From positions 1 through 30,280 of IMG/VR virus record IMGVR_UViG_3300023176_004599: a DNA stretch of 30,280 nt. One strand, 5' to 3'. Every line of letters begins with the position of its first letter. The stretch's first letter is position 1. This DNA is from a virus (lineage: Duplodnaviria; Caudoviricetes). Below, piece after piece: positions 1-8,183 of this stretch. A program made the position numbers and the translations under genes. The notes beneath the pieces are model-generated. The model worked only from the letters and a program-made list of their open reading frames with translations, did no database searches and was not told where the DNA came from.

Positions 1-291
1 GTAGACGAAATGCGAAGTCATGCATTGTTACAACTAAGTCAAATTGGCTTAAAGTTTAACGAAGCAAAAAGCCAAAATCCATTTGCATACTATACTGCCG
101 TTGTAACTAATAGTTTTACTAGAATATTAAACTTGGAAAAAAGGAATCAAAACATACGTGATGATTTACTACAAGAAAACGGATTCAATCCTAGCTTTAG
201 CCGACAACTTGATCACGAAGCAGCTGAAAAAGCGAAGTGGGATGATCAAATGGAAAAAGAACGTAAAGAAGCAACGGGCACTAATTTCTAG
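1..291 (+). CDS. gp55: T4 gp55-like late-transcription sigma factor, C-terminal part (5' truncated by window edge)
   Basis: Frame is open from base 1. KFNEAKSQNPFAYYT...NSFTRILNLEK resembles gp55-family sequences. It lies directly upstream of gp47/gp46 as in T4-like phages, and the window has many NATAAATA late promoters. Confidence 0.75.
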   Translation, partial: VDEMRSHALLQLSQIGLKFNEAKSQNPFAYYTAVVTNSFTRILNLEKRNQNIRDDLLQENGFNPSFSRQLDHEAAEKAKWDDQMEKERKEATGTNF

Positions 292-320
292 TTGACTTAT
301 CAACAACTTAGTTATATTCT
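292..320 (+). promoter_or_regulatory. sigma70-type promoter (TTGACT-N17-TATTCT)
   Basis: -35 at 292-297, -10 at 315-320, 17-nt spacer; the ATG at 327 falls at the expected start site. Confidence 0.5.
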
Positions 321-326
321 GGACTT

Positions 327-1334
327 ATGACATTTTTTAATCGAGCGGCTTGTTTTACCGATATACACTTCGGGAACAAGAATAATAGTAGACAACACAA
401 CGATGATTGTGCTGAGTTTGTTGACTGGTTCATATCAAACAGCAAAGACTGTGAAACATGTATTTTTCTAGGCGACTGGCATCATCATAGAGCAGGTGTG
501 AATGTAAGCACCCTTAATTACAGTGTAAACAATGTTCGCAAATTAAGTGAAAACTTTGAGCGTGTGTATATGATTATGGGCAACCATGATTTATACTATC
601 GAGAAAAGCGTGACTTGAATAGTTTGCCTTATGCTGGATTATTTAATAATGTAGATCTTATCGAAGATATATTAGTACAAGATGATGTAGCACTTATTCC
701 TTGGCTAGTTGGCGACGAGTGGAAGAAGATTTATAAAATTAAAGCCAAGTATATGTTTGGGCACTTTGAACTCCCACACTTTAAAATGAATGCTATGGTA
801 GAAATGCCAGATCATGGCGGCTTAAATACAGAGCATCTATCAGGTCCTGAATATGTTTTCAGTGGACACTTCCACAAACGTCAGCACAAAGGCAATATTC
901 ATTACCTTGGTTCTCCATTTCCACACAATTATGCAGATGCATGGGACGACGACCGTGGCATGATGAAGTTAGAATGGGGCGGTAAGCCTGAGTATATGGA
1001 TTTTGATGGTCCTAGATATAGGACTACACCACTTAGCCGTTTAATAGATGATGCTGATAATGTACTAAACAACAAAACATACTGTCGTGCTGTACTTGAT
1101 GTTAACATTACCTATGAAGAAGCAAACTTTATTAAAGAGACATTTGCTAACCAATATAAGTTACGTGACATCACACTTATGCCAAGTAAAAAAGAAGAAC
1201 ATGCGCAAGATTGGCGCCAAGTAGACGATTTAGAAGTTGAAAATGTGGACCAAATCGTGTATAATAGTCTTAACGCTGTCGACAGCGAAATGATAGACAA
1301 AAAAATGCTAGTGGATATCTATAACACCCTATGA
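327..1334 (+). CDS. gp47: Recombination endonuclease subunit, Mre11/SbcD-like metallophosphoesterase (T4 gp47-like)
   Basis: Motifs TDIHFG, GDWHH, GNHD, GHF, SGHFH; overlaps the downstream Rad50-like gene. Confidence 0.92.
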   Translation: MTFFNRAACFTDIHFGNKNNSRQHNDDCAEFVDWFISNSKDCETCIFLGDWHHHRAGVNVSTLNYSVNNVRKLSENFERVYMIMGNHDLYYREKRDLNSLPYAGLFNNVDLIEDILVQDDVALIPWLVGDEWKKIYKIKAKYMFGHFELPHFKMNAMVEMPDHGGLNTEHLSGPEYVFSGHFHKRQHKGNIHYLGSPFPHNYADAWDDDRGMMKLEWGGKPEYMDFDGPRYRTTPLSRLIDDADNVLNNKTYCRAVLDVNITYEEANFIKETFANQYKLRDITLMPSKKEEHAQDWRQVDDLEVENVDQIVYNSLNAVDSEMIDKKMLVDIYNTL

Positions 1335-3106
1335 TCATTATTAAAGACATCACAATTAAAAACTTTATGAGTGTTGGCAACGTTACACAGGCCGTTCGGT
1401 TTAGTGATAACGGCCTTACCCTCGTACTAGGCAATAATATGGACCTAGGAGGTGACGGAAGTCGTAACGGTACCGGAAAAACAACAATTATCAATGCATT
1501 ATCATACGCAATGTATGGAAATGCACTAACTAATATACGTAAAGACAACCTTATCAACAAAACAAATGGTAAAGGAATGTTGGTTACACTTGATTTTGAA
1601 AAGGATGGTGTACGATATCGTATTGAACGAGGACGTAGACCAAATATATTTAAATTTTATGTTGACAATATTAACACTGATGATGGCAATGAAGCGCAGG
1701 GCGAAAACCGCCAAACTCAAGAAGCAGTAGAAAAACTGTTTGGAATGTCGCATGACATGTTCAAACACATTGTCGCATTAAATACATATACAGAGCCATT
1801 TCTTAGTATGCGAGCTAACGATCAGCGAGCTATTATTGAACAACTGCTAGGCATTACTATGCTTAGTGAAAAAGCAGAAGCTCTGAAAGAACAGCAAAGG
1901 CTGACTAAAGATGCAATTAAAGAAGAAGAGTATCGTATTAAAGCAGTTGAAGATTCAAATGCCACAATTGAGAAAAGTATCAGTGATCTTGAACGTAGAC
2001 AGGCGATGTGGCAAAGCAAAAAACAAGAGTCACTGCAAGAATTAGAAAATGCAATAAACGTATTAGAAAAAATTGATATTGAACAAGAACTGGCAAATCA
2101 TAAACTGTTAGCAGATTACCTCGATAAGAAGTCACAAATAAGCACATTAGAGGCAGAAATTACAAAGCTAGATAATGCTATTAACAGAGAAAAGAAACGT
2201 CTAGAAAAAGCGCAGAAGGATTTGTTAGCAACCGAGCAACATGAATGTTATGCTTGTGGGCAGAAAATTCATGACAATAAGCATGAAGAAATACTCAAAG
2301 CAAAGCGGTTAGCAGTAGAAGAATCACAAGACCTAATTAATAACGATTTTACATTTAAAACTGAATATCAAAGTGCACTTGAACAGTTGGGTGAACTTGG
2401 AACAATGCCTGTAACACTATATAATACAGAACAGGAAGCATACCAACATCAGAGTCAAGTTGACAATTTACGCACAGAATATAATAACAAAGAAAATGAA
2501 AGTGACACTTATCAAGAACAAATTGACAGTTTAAAGGAAACTGCACTCCAAGAAGTTAGTTGGGAAACTATGAACGATCTAGTTAAGTTAAGAGAACATC
2601 AGGATTTCTTGTACAAACTATTAACAAACAAAGACTCGTTTATCCGTAAACGCATTATTGAACAAAACTTGCAATACTTAAACAGCAGACTTGCTTACTA
2701 TCTAACTAAACTAGGATTGCCACATGAAGTACAGTTTTTAAGTGACTTGAGTGTAGAAATTACAGAACTCGGTCGTGAACTAGATTTTGATAACTTGTCA
2801 CGTGGTGAACGAAATCGACTTATTCTTGGTCTTAGCTGGAGTTTCAGAGACGTATTTGAAACTATGAATACACCACTTAACTTCTTAGCTATTGATGAAC
2901 TTGTGGATAGCGGTATGGACACTAATGGTGTAGATGCTGCACTTAGCGTTCTTAAAAAGATTGAACGTGAACGTGGTAAAAACATTTTTCTTATCTCACA
3001 CAGAGATGAATTGCAAGGCCGTGTTAATACTATCTTGCAAGTTACAAAAGAAAATGGGTTTACCACGTTTAGTACTGACACGGAGTTTGTAGATGATGCC
3101 GCCTAA
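1331..3106 (+). CDS. gp46: Recombination ATPase, Rad50/SbcC-like (T4 gp46-like)
   Basis: Walker A GSRNGTGKTT, coiled coil with zinc hook CYAC, signature LSRGE, Walker B LAIDE, H-loop ISH. Confidence 0.93.
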   Translation: MIIIKDITIKNFMSVGNVTQAVRFSDNGLTLVLGNNMDLGGDGSRNGTGKTTIINALSYAMYGNALTNIRKDNLINKTNGKGMLVTLDFEKDGVRYRIERGRRPNIFKFYVDNINTDDGNEAQGENRQTQEAVEKLFGMSHDMFKHIVALNTYTEPFLSMRANDQRAIIEQLLGITMLSEKAEALKEQQRLTKDAIKEEEYRIKAVEDSNATIEKSISDLERRQAMWQSKKQESLQELENAINVLEKIDIEQELANHKLLADYLDKKSQISTLEAEITKLDNAINREKKRLEKAQKDLLATEQHECYACGQKIHDNKHEEILKAKRLAVEESQDLINNDFTFKTEYQSALEQLGELGTMPVTLYNTEQEAYQHQSQVDNLRTEYNNKENESDTYQEQIDSLKETALQEVSWETMNDLVKLREHQDFLYKLLTNKDSFIRKRIIEQNLQYLNSRLAYYLTKLGLPHEVQFLSDLSVEITELGRELDFDNLSRGERNRLILGLSWSFRDVFETMNTPLNFLAIDELVDSGMDTNGVDAALSVLKKIERERGKNIFLISHRDELQGRVNTILQVTKENGFTTFSTDTEFVDDAA

Positions 3107-3293
3107 TATTGAAACAGGAAATTTTACTTGGCTACAAGAAAAAGTAAAAGGGCCAATGATACATGAAAGCCCTGATGGCGGTAAAACTATTCGAAGTCGA
3201 GTAGCAGCAGATCATCCTATATTCATTCTTACACGTGGATTGTTACCGATTGACATATGGTACAAAGTTTATGGAGGTGGTTATGAAACCTGA
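3093..3293 (+). CDS. Small hypothetical phage protein (HESPDGGKT motif)
   Basis: 66-aa ORF overlapping the gp46 stop; shares a PIDIWxKxY motif with the next ORF. Confidence 0.6.
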   Translation: MMPPNIETGNFTWLQEKVKGPMIHESPDGGKTIRSRVAADHPIFILTRGLLPIDIWYKVYGGGYET

Positions 3294-3570
3294 AGATTAC
3301 ATGGGTACAACAATTTCAACAATTAGTATTGATACAGATAGTACTTGGCATAGTACTGATGATCTCACAGTTACTATATCTGATTATGTAGACACAACAC
3401 TAGATACACTAGATTTGTCGTCTATAACATCAACCATGAGTGGAATTACTTTAACTACTAGTAAAAAAAGAACAGATGTGAGAGATAACGGAAATATTCC
3501 GATTGACATCTGGGCTAAGTTGTATAACAATGGAGTTATAGAAGACGACGATGAAGAACTACCTTTTTGA
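3283..3570 (+). CDS. Small Thr/Ser/Asp-rich protein with acidic SSB-like C-terminus (DDDEELPF)
   Basis: ATG at 3283 follows GGAGGT, so it is a better start than 3235; overlaps both neighbours. Confidence 0.6.
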   Translation: MKPEDYMGTTISTISIDTDSTWHSTDDLTVTISDYVDTTLDTLDLSSITSTMSGITLTTSKKRTDVRDNGNIPIDIWAKLYNNGVIEDDDEELPF

Positions 3571-4255
3571 TTTAGACGGCACATTAACAGATGCTCGTCA
3601 ATATATCGACACAGATTTTAAGCAATTTATGCATGATTTTGCCGGCAAAAACTCATGCTATATTTGCACTGGTAGTGACTATCCAAAAGTAGAAGAACAA
3701 TTAGGCAAAGATTTAAGTGATAAATTTGTAGCTATATTTGCATGTAGTGGCAATCATCATTTTGTTAAAGGCACAGAAACATACAAATCAGACTGGCAAA
3801 TAAACGAACAAGAAGAACAATACTTTATTAACGAACTTGAAAAACTTAATTATCCACATAAAACTGGCAGACATATAGAAAAAAGAATAGGCACAGTAAA
3901 CGTAAGTATCCCTGGCAGAAACGCAACAGTAGAAGACAGAAAAATCTTTATACCCTGGGACGAAAAACACAATGCGAGAAACACACTAGCAGCAAAAATT
4001 AACCAAAAGTTTTCAAGGTTAGATGCTGTTATTGGTGGAGAAACTGGTATTGATATTTTTGAAAAGGGCAAGGATAAGTCACAAGTATTAAATGGCATAG
4101 ATAAAGAGCAAGACATTTACTTTTTTGGCGACAAATGCAATCCTGGTGGCAATGATTTTGCACTAGCGGTTGCAGTTAATAACTTAAACAATGGCACAGT
4201 ATATCAAGTAAAAAATTGGCAACACACTTATGAAATTTTAAAAAGTAACTTTTAA
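3551..4255 (+). CDS. HAD-IIB hydrolase, eukaryotic-type phosphomannomutase-like
   Basis: FDLDGTLT (DxD motif I), TGSD, GGETGIDI, FFGDK..GGND motifs typical of the PMM-like HAD family. Confidence 0.8.
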   Translation: MKNYLFDLDGTLTDARQYIDTDFKQFMHDFAGKNSCYICTGSDYPKVEEQLGKDLSDKFVAIFACSGNHHFVKGTETYKSDWQINEQEEQYFINELEKLNYPHKTGRHIEKRIGTVNVSIPGRNATVEDRKIFIPWDEKHNARNTLAAKINQKFSRLDAVIGGETGIDIFEKGKDKSQVLNGIDKEQDIYFFGDKCNPGGNDFALAVAVNNLNNGTVYQVKNWQHTYEILKSNF

Positions 4256-4301
4256 TACCATAATCAGTAGATTTATGAGGACATGTGATATATAGTAACG
4301 T

Positions 4302-4742
4302 ATGCATTGGTCATACCAAGGAAAACTTGTAAAAGAAATTCCTGAAGGAATTGTTGGATTTGTATACCTCATTACAAATCTGACTAATGGCAAAAAATAT
4401 ATTGGCAAAAAATTAGCACAATTTAAAAAAACTAGACCACCATTAAAAGGCAAAAAGCGTAAAAGGCGAAGTACTGTAGAAAGCGATTGGCGTACATATT
4501 GGGGCTCATCAGATAAACTACAAGCAGATGTAAATGAACTTGGCGAAGAAAACTTTACAAGAGAAATCTTATATTTTTGCACAACCCGAGGTCAATTGTC
4601 ATACCTAGAGGCACAAGAACAGTTTAACAGAAAAGTTCTGTTAACTGATGAATATTACAATGGCATAATAAACGTCCGAGTGGGCGGATCTAAGGCACTT
4701 ACTGAATCTCTCCAAAATAATTTAGACATACCCCCTCTATAA
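4302..4742 (+). CDS. GIY-YIG nuclease, T4 endonuclease II (DenA)-like
   Basis: GFVYLITN...KKYIGKK, DWRTYWGSS, catalytic-type E in YLEAQEQ, YYNGII; basic insert KKTRPPLKGKKRKRRS. Confidence 0.8.
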   Translation: MHWSYQGKLVKEIPEGIVGFVYLITNLTNGKKYIGKKLAQFKKTRPPLKGKKRKRRSTVESDWRTYWGSSDKLQADVNELGEENFTREILYFCTTRGQLSYLEAQEQFNRKVLLTDEYYNGIINVRVGGSKALTESLQNNLDIPPL

Positions 4743-4749
4743 AAGCATT

Positions 4750-5013
4750 GAGGAGGCGACACACTGTGTTTAGCCAACGGATCTTGCTGGGGGAAACAAA
4801 CCAAAAGAGTGGGCTCTCCTGAGCTATTGGAACCCACGAGTATTGCTGAGTTAGTAGCCGTTATTGCAACTCAGTAGCTTGCGTTGAAAGCAGCGTTTAA
4901 AGGGGTACAGCACAACCGCCTCTACCTGAAAAGGTTTCGCTATAACGGTGCACACGGTGACGGGTAATGACGTCTTTGTCGTGCTTGGCCTGAATCAGGC
5001 TAAGTGCGACTTT
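4750..5013 (+). ncRNA. Putative structured ncRNA of unknown family
   Basis: GC-rich with no credible ORF. Closing helix GAGGCG 4753-58/CGCCTC 4917-22, 10-bp helix 4843-52/4868-77, pseudoknot 4857-64/4942-49, GAAA tetraloop hairpin 4924-35, 15-bp hairpin 4978-5010 with G-U pairs. Confidence 0.6.
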
Positions 5014-5050
5014 AGTTCATGGTAATAACTAGATTATAGAAGAAAAAAAT

Positions 5051-5093
5051 TCAACCGAACGATAGTGAGGTTGATGATGAACGTAGTTCATCA
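5051..5093 (+). other. Tandem mini-hairpins with DNA-type features (tandem GA pairs; C-GTA-G triloop)
   Basis: TCAACC-GA-AC-GATA-GT-GA-GGTTGA (5051-74) and TGATGAAC-GTA-GTTCATCA (5075-93). Confidence 0.5.
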
Positions 5094-5105
5094 GATACAT
5101 GATAA

Positions 5106-5297
5106 TTAAAATGTTTTCTTACCTTTAGCTTGATCTAACATCTGTTTCTCCTTTTCCTGTTTCTCTTTAAATGAGTCTAGTATCTCTTGTATCTGATATA
5201 AAGGCAATTGGTAGAGCTCTTTAATAGTAAAACTTCCTTGACTGTATATAACAATTTCATAGACCTGTTTTCGCAGGTTCTTTAATGTATCGTTCAT
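5106..5297 (-). CDS. gp51-like baseplate hub/tail assembly chaperone segment, probably the -1 frame extension of the upstream gene (frame open to about 5354)
   Basis: EIVIYSQGSFTIKELYQLP followed by a charged helix resembles gp51-like proteins; the frame stays open back through the T9 run of the upstream gene. Confidence 0.55.
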   Translation of the reverse strand: MNDTLKNLRKQVYEIVIYSQGSFTIKELYQLPLYQIQEILDSFKEKQEKEKQMLDQAKGKKTF

Positions 5298-5329
5298 ATC
5301 CTTTACAATTTTTTCAGGATCTTTTGATA

Positions 5330-6166
5330 CTACGAGTTGTTTATGAAAAAAAAAGTTGGGTTTAACTCCACTGGTGTGGAAAAACTATGATTACATTCTT
5401 CGTTACTACAAACAAATGTAAAGTCGTTGTTTATGCCATTTTTATTGATGTCAGAATTTGACTTTTGTAGTTGACGTATTGTTGTGCTATCACTATTTGC
5501 TAACCATTCAAGTATTTCGTTTATGTCAGTAATTAAATCGCCATTAGGTGTTGTGATACTTTCAATAGTGTCAGCCAGTATAACCATATTAGCTGCGGTT
5601 GATTTTTCTAAGCTACTTTTGAATAGTTCATGTAGTTGTGCTTGGTCGTCAACGCCTTCCATCTTTCGCATAACTCTTGCATTTTCAGTTATTTTAATCT
5701 GATTGCTTGCTACTGATTTCAAGGTGTTTGGTTTAAACACAATACGTAAGCCATTTTTAAGTTCAGTTTCGATTGACTCGATTGTTTTAACTTTACTTAG
5801 GATGTCGACGATTTTAATTTCATAGCTTTCAGTATTACTACAATTAGGACATGTTGCGTCAACTGGAATATTGCCATCATTGGCACTAATACGACTAGCA
5901 AGTAAGACAACATCTACATCAGGCATACATATTTCATATGGATCTGACATGTCTGGCAGAATACTTTTTAGAATTTCAAACAGACTTTCACCATTGTAAA
6001 CACTGTCTGGTACTTGTAACAACATTTCATCCTTAAAGCTAAGTGGCATAACGCCAATTTCGCCTTGTTCTGTTAATTGTGGTTTATTTTTGTACCATTT
6101 TCCTTGTGTAGGAAGTTTTACATATATCTCTTTTGTTCTGTAATAGTCAGATAATACACTGGGCAT
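5330..6166 (-). CDS. T4 gp26-like baseplate hub subunit/assembly protein
   Basis: N-terminal YVKLPTQGKWY, KDEMLL, two Cys pairs (CPNC, CSNEEC) and a C-terminal PTFFF, matching the layout of gp26-like proteins. Confidence 0.65.
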   Translation of the reverse strand: MPSVLSDYYRTKEIYVKLPTQGKWYKNKPQLTEQGEIGVMPLSFKDEMLLQVPDSVYNGESLFEILKSILPDMSDPYEICMPDVDVVLLASRISANDGNIPVDATCPNCSNTESYEIKIVDILSKVKTIESIETELKNGLRIVFKPNTLKSVASNQIKITENARVMRKMEGVDDQAQLHELFKSSLEKSTAANMVILADTIESITTPNGDLITDINEILEWLANSDSTTIRQLQKSNSDINKNGINNDFTFVCSNEECNHSFSTPVELNPTFFFINNS

Positions 6167-6174
6167 TTTTCACC

Positions 6175-6182
6175 TATAAATA
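6175..6182 (+). promoter_or_regulatory. T4-type late promoter TATAAATA
   Basis: Exact T4 late consensus about 40 nt upstream of ATG 6222. Confidence 0.7.
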
Positions 6183-6194
6183 CTTATATACGTT

Positions 6195-6202
6195 TATTTA
6201 TC
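6195..6202 (-). promoter_or_regulatory. Late promoter GATAAATA driving the gp26-like gene
   Basis: Reverse-strand NATAAATA about 30 nt upstream of ATG 6166. Confidence 0.55.
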
Positions 6203-6221
6203 TTTATAAAGTGAGTAGTTA

Positions 6222-8141
6222 ATGGCAGTAATAAACATACCATATGGTGGACAGATGGTGGGAATAGAAGTCCCAGATTTTGCTATGGAAGCAACACAAT
6301 CTGATATTCTGTCTCAAGTTCAAAGGCAAAATGATACATTACAAGCAATTGCTAGTAGAATGGGTGTTGAGGCTGCAGCTACACAACAACAAACTAAAGA
6401 AATTACACAAACATTAAAACAAACATCAGACAATAACAACGATACCAATCGTAAAGCAATGCAAGATTTGGCTGCTGGTCTTCAAAAACCACTAACACAA
6501 GCAATGAGTCTGTCAGGAAAAGAAAAGTTTAGCGATTTAATTGGTCGTGGCGGCATTATGGGAACACTTGGGCTTACTACTATAGGTGCTCAATTAGGAA
6601 CACTTGTTGGTATACTTGAAGAATTTGGATCAAGTTTAAGTGCTTTAAGAAGAACTGGTGCTGGTCTAGGAATGGACTTTGTTGAGCTCAGAACACAAGC
6701 TGCTACTGTTGGCTTGGGAATGGAAACACTTGCAAAAGTTGTTACTGAAAATGGTCCTGCTATTAGGATGTTGGGCGACAACATGGTTGATAGTACCAAC
6801 AACTTTGTGCAATTCCAAAGGGAAATGCAAGACGCAACTAGAAATGCTGGTTATTTTGGAATGAGTGCAAATGAAATGGCAGCGTTCTTAGTAGACGAGC
6901 TTGAATTGAGACGTATGGAAAGTGGTGAAAGGTTAACAGAAGCAAATGCTCGTGCAGAAGTAATTGAAAGTTTGAAAGAAAACCTTAAACTAAACGAAAT
7001 TGCCGCAAGTATAACTGGTGAAGACATTCAAGATAGAATAAGATTGAGAAATGAATTTAGACGACAAGCAGTAGTAGCAGTAGCAGCAAGAAATCTAAAT
7101 GAAGACCAACTGCAAGCACAAAACAAATTGATTGAAGGATTTAATCAACTTGGTCCAACAGTAGGACCAGTACTTAGTGCAGCATTAACTAATATGGTTG
7201 CTGGATTAGCACCTGACATGGGGAATGAAGACTTTACACAGTTGGCTGCTGGTCTTGCAGCTAGAGGAGTTGACATTAGGTCGTTCTTGGAAGAAGGTGT
7301 TGCAAATGTTCAAGCTGGAATGGATCCAACACAGATAGAAGCAAATGCTATAGCACTTGCTGGACAAATTAAAAATATTGAGTTTAGTGCTAGTGATTTA
7401 GCACAAGCACAAGCTGGTGTTCCAAGTGCAATGTTAGCAATACAAGCAAGTGCTGAGGTATTTTCAGATGGAACAGACGATGTTGCAACAGCATTAGACC
7501 GTTTAAAAACAGGATTGATTAACTTTGCTGAGGCATTGGACAATGGTGATCTTTCAGCTTCTGCTATTCAATTAGATAGTAATATCATTGGAGAACAGGT
7601 AAGAGCTGGGATTATGGATGGTTTCCTAGATGCATTTAATGTTGACGATGTTACCAACAGCGGACTTGGTAAACTAATGGAAGGAATGAAGGATGCTACT
7701 TCACCAAGCGGTGCATTTACTAGTTTTATGAATGCCATGATTCAAGGCACCACATTACTATCTGGTGCACAATTTATTGGCGGCATAGCAGGCTTAGGAA
7801 ATAACGATACTCTAGATCATATTATTAATGCACTTGGTCCAGCTGCAATGGCCCTTTTTAGTGGCGGTGCTGGGTTATTTAATAGCGCAAGGGGCGGTGA
7901 TGCAACAGCCAGACAAAGTATTAGAGATCAAATGAATCCTAATAGTTCTAGTTTCATGGGCAATCAAAGTTTCTCACAACTATTACCAATGTTAGCTGGT
8001 GCTGGGTTAGGTGCTGCAGCAATGGCAACAGTTGATTCAACTTCATTAGCAGAAGCATTACGTGATACATTTACAGATGCTGACCCAATGCCAGTTAGAA
8101 TTGTAAGTTCTGCTATACCATTTGGTCCAAACAACAACTAA
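6222..8141 (+). CDS. Putative tape measure / baseplate hub-like helical protein
   Basis: 639 aa, Ala/Gly/Gln/Leu-rich, apparently helical with hydrophobic Gly-rich segments; lies next to the gp26-like frameshift gene. Confidence 0.5.
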   Translation: MAVINIPYGGQMVGIEVPDFAMEATQSDILSQVQRQNDTLQAIASRMGVEAAATQQQTKEITQTLKQTSDNNNDTNRKAMQDLAAGLQKPLTQAMSLSGKEKFSDLIGRGGIMGTLGLTTIGAQLGTLVGILEEFGSSLSALRRTGAGLGMDFVELRTQAATVGLGMETLAKVVTENGPAIRMLGDNMVDSTNNFVQFQREMQDATRNAGYFGMSANEMAAFLVDELELRRMESGERLTEANARAEVIESLKENLKLNEIAASITGEDIQDRIRLRNEFRRQAVVAVAARNLNEDQLQAQNKLIEGFNQLGPTVGPVLSAALTNMVAGLAPDMGNEDFTQLAAGLAARGVDIRSFLEEGVANVQAGMDPTQIEANAIALAGQIKNIEFSASDLAQAQAGVPSAMLAIQASAEVFSDGTDDVATALDRLKTGLINFAEALDNGDLSASAIQLDSNIIGEQVRAGIMDGFLDAFNVDDVTNSGLGKLMEGMKDATSPSGAFTSFMNAMIQGTTLLSGAQFIGGIAGLGNNDTLDHIINALGPAAMALFSGGAGLFNSARGGDATARQSIRDQMNPNSSSFMGNQSFSQLLPMLAGAGLGAAAMATVDSTSLAEALRDTFTDADPMPVRIVSSAIPFGPNNN

Positions 8142-8148
8142 AAAATAA

Positions 8149-8156
8149 GATAAATA
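8149..8156 (+). promoter_or_regulatory. Late promoter GATAAATA
   Basis: NATAAATA upstream of the portal gene. Confidence 0.65.
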
Positions 8157-8183
8157 CACTTATTAAAAGGAAAGAATAAACAT

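Noticed and set aside
4302-4742. Mobile homing endonuclease or intron-encoded ORF
   Set aside because: Lacks C-terminal NUMOD-type DNA-binding repeats and no split host gene flanks it; fits a stand-alone EndoII-like nuclease better
4655-4837. 60-aa minus-strand ORF over the nuclease end and structured region
   Set aside because: Overlaps a real gene antisense, has atypical composition, and the region is better explained as structured RNA
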